A stretch of 63,772 nt of DNA, filler included, from Globobulimina sp. (lineage: Eukaryota): assembly GCA_003354225.1 (NCBI GenBank). It is 21 parts of 21 records of this genome, joined end to end, with 100 filler letters (N's around TTAATTAATTAA, not from the genome) between each part and the next. Parts side by side here need not be neighbours in the genome. Positions count along the whole stretch, not along the records: positions 57,797 to 60,734 come from PIVH01004289.1; positions 60,835 to 63,772 come from PIVH01004290.1; 19 more parts are not named here. One strand, written 5' to 3'. Under the pieces are notes generated by a model. The model worked only from the letters and a program-made list of their open reading frames with translations, made no database searches and was not told the origin of the DNA. A program made the translations under genes and the position numbers. Of this stretch, positions 58,976-63,772 are shown piece after piece (position 1 is the first letter of the stretch; each line of letters opens with the position of its first letter).

Positions 58976-60391
58976 TTAATATTCATTATCTTTATTTTCA
59001 TATTCATATTTATTCCAACATTTAAGACAATAAAACAATCCATCATCAACATAGACTTTACCTTTTCTTGTACTCCAACATTCTGTGCATTTCTTGACAT
59101 GATTAATTCTGGGTTTTTCTTTCCAATGTTTCTTTCCAGAAATACGCATTTCCGACATCTTGTTTTGAATTTGATTAATTCCATCATCCACTCCACAATC
59201 TTTATTTTCATATTTATGCCAACATTGAAAGCAATAAAACAATCCATCATCAGCGTAAACTTTCCCTTTTCTCGTCATCCAACAATCTGCGCATTTCCTC
59301 ACATCGTTTCTTGAAACACGCATTTTCAACATATTGTTTTGCATTTGATTAATGCCATGATGCACAATCTTATCACAATCTAAACGCCTGTTTTTTCTGC
59401 CTTTACCAAAAAACCTCATTTTCTTGAATTTTTTTGCATAAATATCCAAATATAATTCATTATGATGCTGGTAATCACATTTAAATATCTTGTATTCTGA
59501 GAGCATTTTTTTATTCTTTGCCACATAATCACAATATTTTGCAAACCAGTTCAGAATTTCAGAATTATTTATGTCTGGATTCCGCATCAATATCCACATA
59601 AAATGAAATATTGTAACTGTAGATCGAACCAATATTTGTTGTTTTTGTCGTTTAACACTAAGTTCAAACCATTGCAGTGCTTGATAATGTAAATTGGTCA
59701 TAGGTTTATTTGCAGCTTTAATGAAACGAATCATTGAATCTCTTGAATTGTGAGTGAAACGAATTAAATTTTGTAATGCATCGTCAATTTGTTGACTTTT
59801 TTGGGTCAGGGATTGATAGTTTTGAATTGGAATGACAATAAATACGGAAGCACTTCTTTTATTGTAATCATTGTTTAATTCAGATGGAATCTGATAAAAA
59901 TCAACGTTTTTTGGAATGTTTTTTGGAATAATATTTGGAAACATTTCTGTATATAAATCTATATCATTTTGAATGTAGGAAAAACCGGCCAGTTTTTGGG
60001 TATTTGAAAATAAAAGACGTTGCTCATTGAAATGTTTGATATGTTTTTCTAATTTAATTTTTGTGTTTGCTGAATATGAATTTGCTGCAATTTCTTTCAT
60101 ATTTGAGTTGAATTTTTGTGCACTAAAATCAAACACCCAATGAATGCGTGGGTTTTTGTTATCTGTTTTATAGCCACAATTTATTGTTGCAATATCAGGT
60201 TCGTATACATCATAAACCGTTGTCATGAGATCAGTTAACTGCTGCGATTCAAATTTGTATGTATCGTCATATTGTAACATTTTACGTGGAAATACGACAC
60301 AAAGTGCTAACTGAGGTGCATGCACCCTAGATTGAGTCAGAAAAACATCTTTAAATTCAAATTGCTTTTCATTTATTATTGTTTTTGTCAT
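58976..60391 (-). CDS. Hypothetical protein with two C-terminal CxxC-x15-CxxCW zinc-ribbon repeats
   Basis: KCADCWMTRKGKVYADDGLFYCFQCW and KCTECWSTRKGKVYVDDGLFYCLKCW. Confidence 0.7.
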   Translation of the reverse strand: MTKTIINEKQFEFKDVFLTQSRVHAPQLALCVVFPRKMLQYDDTYKFESQQLTDLMTTVYDVYEPDIATINCGYKTDNKNPRIHWVFDFSAQKFNSNMKEIAANSYSANTKIKLEKHIKHFNEQRLLFSNTQKLAGFSYIQNDIDLYTEMFPNIIPKNIPKNVDFYQIPSELNNDYNKRSASVFIVIPIQNYQSLTQKSQQIDDALQNLIRFTHNSRDSMIRFIKAANKPMTNLHYQALQWFELSVKRQKQQILVRSTVTIFHFMWILMRNPDINNSEILNWFAKYCDYVAKNKKMLSEYKIFKCDYQHHNELYLDIYAKKFKKMRFFGKGRKNRRLDCDKIVHHGINQMQNNMLKMRVSRNDVRKCADCWMTRKGKVYADDGLFYCFQCWHKYENKDCGVDDGINQIQNKMSEMRISGKKHWKEKPRINHVKKCTECWSTRKGKVYVDDGLFYCLKCWNKYEYENKDNEY

Positions 60392-60496
60392 TTAAAGCTC
60401 CACTTTCCGCACCTTCTCAATGCTTTACTTAATGTTCCTTCATATTTAACAAAACGCCCATTATCTCACGACATAATCCAGAATGTGCTGACTAGA

Positions 60497-60734
60497 ATCA
60501 TAATGAATTATATTTGGATATTTATGCAAAAAAACTGCCGTTTAGATTGCGATAAGATTGTGCATGATGGCATTAATCAAATGCAAAACAATATGTTGAA
60601 AATGCGTATTCCGAAAAACGATGTGAGGAAATGCGCAGATTGTTGGTTGACGAGAAAAGGGAAAGTTTACGCTGATGATGGATTGTTTTATTGTCTTCAA
60701 TGTCGGGACGAACATAAAGATAGTGAACATAATA
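60497..60734 (+). pseudogene. Inverted, diverged partial paralog of the zinc-ribbon region of 58976-60391
   Basis: Reverse-complement match to ~59205-59466 with scattered substitutions and an internal deletion of ~38 nt. Confidence 0.8.
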
Positions 60735-60835
60735 NNNNNNNNNNNNNNNNNNNNNNNNNNNNNNNNNNNNNNNNNNNNTTAATTAATTAANNNNNNNNNN
60801 NNNNNNNNNNNNNNNNNNNNNNNNNNNNNNNNNNA

Positions 60836-61255
60836 ACGAATAAAACAGAACTAAGTGCTAGAAGAATATTTCTAACTAAAGGCTCATGTTCAAACACATT
60901 TTTTTATATTTTAAATCGTGAATTTGGGTATCCAATGAAAAATGAAGAGCGGGCTATAGATCCTTTAGCAGGCGGAATAGTACAGCAAGGATATCAATGT
61001 GGGATGCTCTGGGGTGCGTCAATGGCTGTTGGAGCTGAATCTCTTCGTAGACATAATGATTTGGGTAAAGCTACAGCTGCAGCAATCAGAGCAACTCAGC
61101 ATTTAATGGATTCTTTTGAAAATAGAACAAAATGTATCGAATGTGAAGATTTCACTAAAACAGATTTCAAAAACAAATGGAGCTTTGCAAAATACATGTT
61201 TACAGGCAAATTTCTATCTTGTTATAAACATTCCTGTTTTTATAGATTTTCTTAA
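60836..61255 (+). CDS. Prokaryotic C-GCAxxG-C-C family putative redox protein, 5'-partial and probably 3'-truncated
   Basis: GSCS......LAGG...QG.QCG.LWGA..A.G...F.......EC...T...C. Intronless. Confidence 0.75.
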   Translation, partial: TNKTELSARRIFLTKGSCSNTFFYILNREFGYPMKNEERAIDPLAGGIVQQGYQCGMLWGASMAVGAESLRRHNDLGKATAAAIRATQHLMDSFENRTKCIECEDFTKTDFKNKWSFAKYMFTGKFLSCYKHSCFYRFS

Positions 61256-62455
61256 TTAATTTAATAATATCACTGTTGCCAATTCCTAATAACTTTAATT
61301 CTTTTTCATATTTTCTGTCTGAATCGACCGATGATAATAAGCCATCGCGATAGCAATCGCTGTGACACTCTCATCTTTGTTTGTCTGTTATTCTTTTTCA
61401 GTAACTTCTTCGCAATACGTTTGGCTGATTTATCTCTGGCCACTTCAAGACATCCTTTGCTCTCTATATTTTCACTCGAATCTGTTTCGGTGGCTTCGTC
61501 AGAGCTCTCTGAATCTGATGATTCTGATGATTCATACTGATCACTGTCAACATCATCACCTTGTGGCTCAACTGTGGTGGCTCGTGTTATTGTACGTGTT
61601 GCTCGTGATACATTGCCAGGGGCTACAGCCGCAATGCTTTCCGCGCGTTTCTTTTGTTTCTGACGTTTTTTCCGTTTATCGCCATGCATCATCGTCCTCA
61701 AACTCTAAACAAAACAATTCAAACAATGGTAAGATTACATGCGATAAATATCCTCATTGCTCCGAGACTGAACCGGCTAACTATGCAATGGTACTGTGAT
61801 TACTTCAGAGACGAAAATATGCATAAAATAAAAATTCGCATTAATATTTGTTGGATGCAATATTTCACGCTCTTTTTTACAACTGCCATATCCACGTCTC
61901 TCAAACCTGTCTCATTCATATAACGATTTGCTTTGTCAACTAATTCATCAAATAATGTCAGACCAGGGGTGGTCACGGTAAATAAACCCCTCGACGTCAA
62001 CGCGGTCATCTCATCATCATCCTCATCACACTCCATCTTTTTATTTTTATTATGGTTGTTGTTTGTATGCTTTGCCGTACCTTCGGTGTCTGGTTTCTTT
62101 GTCTCAGAAGCACCGTCGCTGGATTTAGTTGTTGCTTTCATGACTGTTCCGTTGGTGCGTCATTGTTGGTAGCTTTGGACGCAGCAATTTGATCATCTAC
62201 TCGTGCATACAATGCAGGGATATGCCATTCTAATTCATTCCATGGGCTCTCATTACTTAACTCAGCAATACAACGGACACAGTGTGACCATCATGGTTTT
62301 TATGTATAATATGGCTGTCACACTCATAATAAGCGGGCACAGCACGTAAATTCCCTGCCATACCACCATTCATCTGATATAGCTTGGTTACATATTCTGA
62401 ACCAGGTTTTCAGCTTGGTTACATATTCTTCTATTTTAGCATCAACTCTTACCGC

Positions 62456-63716
62456 ATGAACTTTACTTTTTGTAAAACTGTTACCGCATCGGTAATAATC
62501 ATTTTATGTGCTGTTTCGTTTTCTGGCTGTATTTATTATATTTATTACGCCAACATACCAGATACTATGTCATTACATTATTTACATATGTTTGATCCAG
62601 ATCCATCAACACAAAAGAGTTAACAACATAATATATATGTAAATAAAAATGACGCAGTCCAACAAAAGTACGAACATTTATTTGTTTTCAGGAGAATTAA
62701 ATGTATCCATTGGTGCTGAATGGAACTTATCATTGATAGAACAGCGGGAGACATTGCCGCCAAAATGTGAAAATTCGACACACAAAATGTTGAAAATCGT
62801 TCCTGTGGATCATAATTGGGCACCGTATTATTTTCGTTGCAATTTTGACCAAACAGTAAGATACAATGCACCCGTTGGAGAAGGATTTTTTAGCAAAGAA
62901 CTGGGTTATTTGCACGTTTATAAAGCAGGTGGTACGACCATGCAAACGGCTTTATGGGAATTGCTCAAATCAAATAAATTAATTACTTTAACCCCCTATA
63001 ATATGTCTATGAGACTGAGCGATCGCGGCCGTTATGTTTACCTCGGTGGGAGGCGCGGCATTCGCATTGAGCAATTTTTAAAGTTTATCGACGATCAAAC
63101 AATGATGTTTTCATTTGTCAGAGGTACGGTGTTTATATATATCACTTTACTTATCAGCACATATACAAATATGTGAATAATATAAGATCCAATCGACAAA
63201 TTTCTATCCGCATTTTATGAAGCAAACAGAAGAAAAATATATAAGCAATATAACAAATTTAACAGAAAAACAGGAATTGAATCTATGAGAGCATGGTTGA
63301 AGTACATGTTACCAAAAAGCAGTAAGTTTATCACACCAAATTTTCATGCACTGCCAAACGCACTCATTTTGAAGAAAGTTGTCCCTTTTCAGTTTATTGG
63401 AGATTTGTATCATTTGAATGAAGATATTGCACAGGTTTTGAATCCCTTTCTTGTGGATGATGAGTTATTGAATAACAGCAGTTTATTGATGAATGATGTT
63501 AAGCGGAATCGGGGAAGTAATAATTATGCAACTAAGCGAACTGAAAAATTTAATATTGACCGAGCAGAATTAAGTGATAATGATATTGCAAATATTTGCA
63601 AAATATATTGGATTGATTATATTTGTTTTCCTTTTGACATTCCAAAGCAATGTGATATATCATATCTATTTGAACAACATTACCGTAAACACGTTCATTA
63701 TGATCCTTGTTACTGA
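62456..63716 (+). CDS. Golgi-type carbohydrate sulfotransferase (Sulfotransfer_2), 3 exons
   Basis: Signal anchor; 5'-PSB YLHVYKAGGTT; 3'-PB FSFVRDP..KFLSAFYE; IY..D..CF. Introns 62619-62691 and 63124-63186 restore the frame. Confidence 0.88.
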
Positions 63717-63772
63717 ATAGAATAATTATATATTAATTATATTATATTCTATTTCATTTTATTCATTTATCC

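Noticed and set aside
61306-62380. Minus-strand acidic/basic ORFs as a defined gene or transposase
   Set aside because: Low-complexity sequence with upstream stops and no catalytic motif recognised. Possibly coding but not supportable.
1-63772. Alternative genetic code (ciliate-type stop reassignment)
   Set aside because: Conserved genes translate fully in the standard code and end on TAA or TGA. Internal breaks are explained by introns.

Overview
This window is not one continuous locus. It is 21 unrelated ~2.94-kb contigs, ordered by decreasing length (2946 to 2938 nt) and joined by 20 artificial 100-nt spacers (N44-TTAATTAATTAA-N44), so no linkage can be inferred across spacers. Most contigs come from an AT-rich, gene-dense microbial eukaryote that uses the standard genetic code and has short GT-AG introns (mostly 48-73 nt). 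The gene-family mix suggests a foraminiferan/rhizarian, but that is inference. Recognisable genes are arsenite methyltransferase, a FUT8-like glycosyltransferase, ADP-ribosylhydrolase, SLBP, axonemal dynein heavy chain, an XK-related protein, VPS41, pyruvate:ferredoxin oxidoreductase (PFO), an ELO elongase, UBA2, EMC1, an SLC35B transporter, a sulfotransferase, RGS/PHD/CAP-Gly/SPRY proteins, tRNA-Ala(AGC) and a Ty3/gypsy RT fragment. Two prokaryotic pieces (flhB tail plus flhA, and a C-GCAxxG-C-C protein) are joined directly to eukaryotic DNA, most likely as amplification/assembly chimeras. The most unusual signals are: (1) a 13-bp palindrome CAGTTT(C/G)AAACTG, spaced at 21, 30-31 and 63 bp, in four of the five PFO introns; (2) a modular ADP-ribosyltransferase-like family with swappable N-terminal modules seen on three contigs; (3) dispersed, CpG-decayed tRNA-derived relics; (4) a repeat-built presequence-like N-terminus on the arsenite methyltransferase. 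All protein identities come from motif recognition by eye, with no database search.
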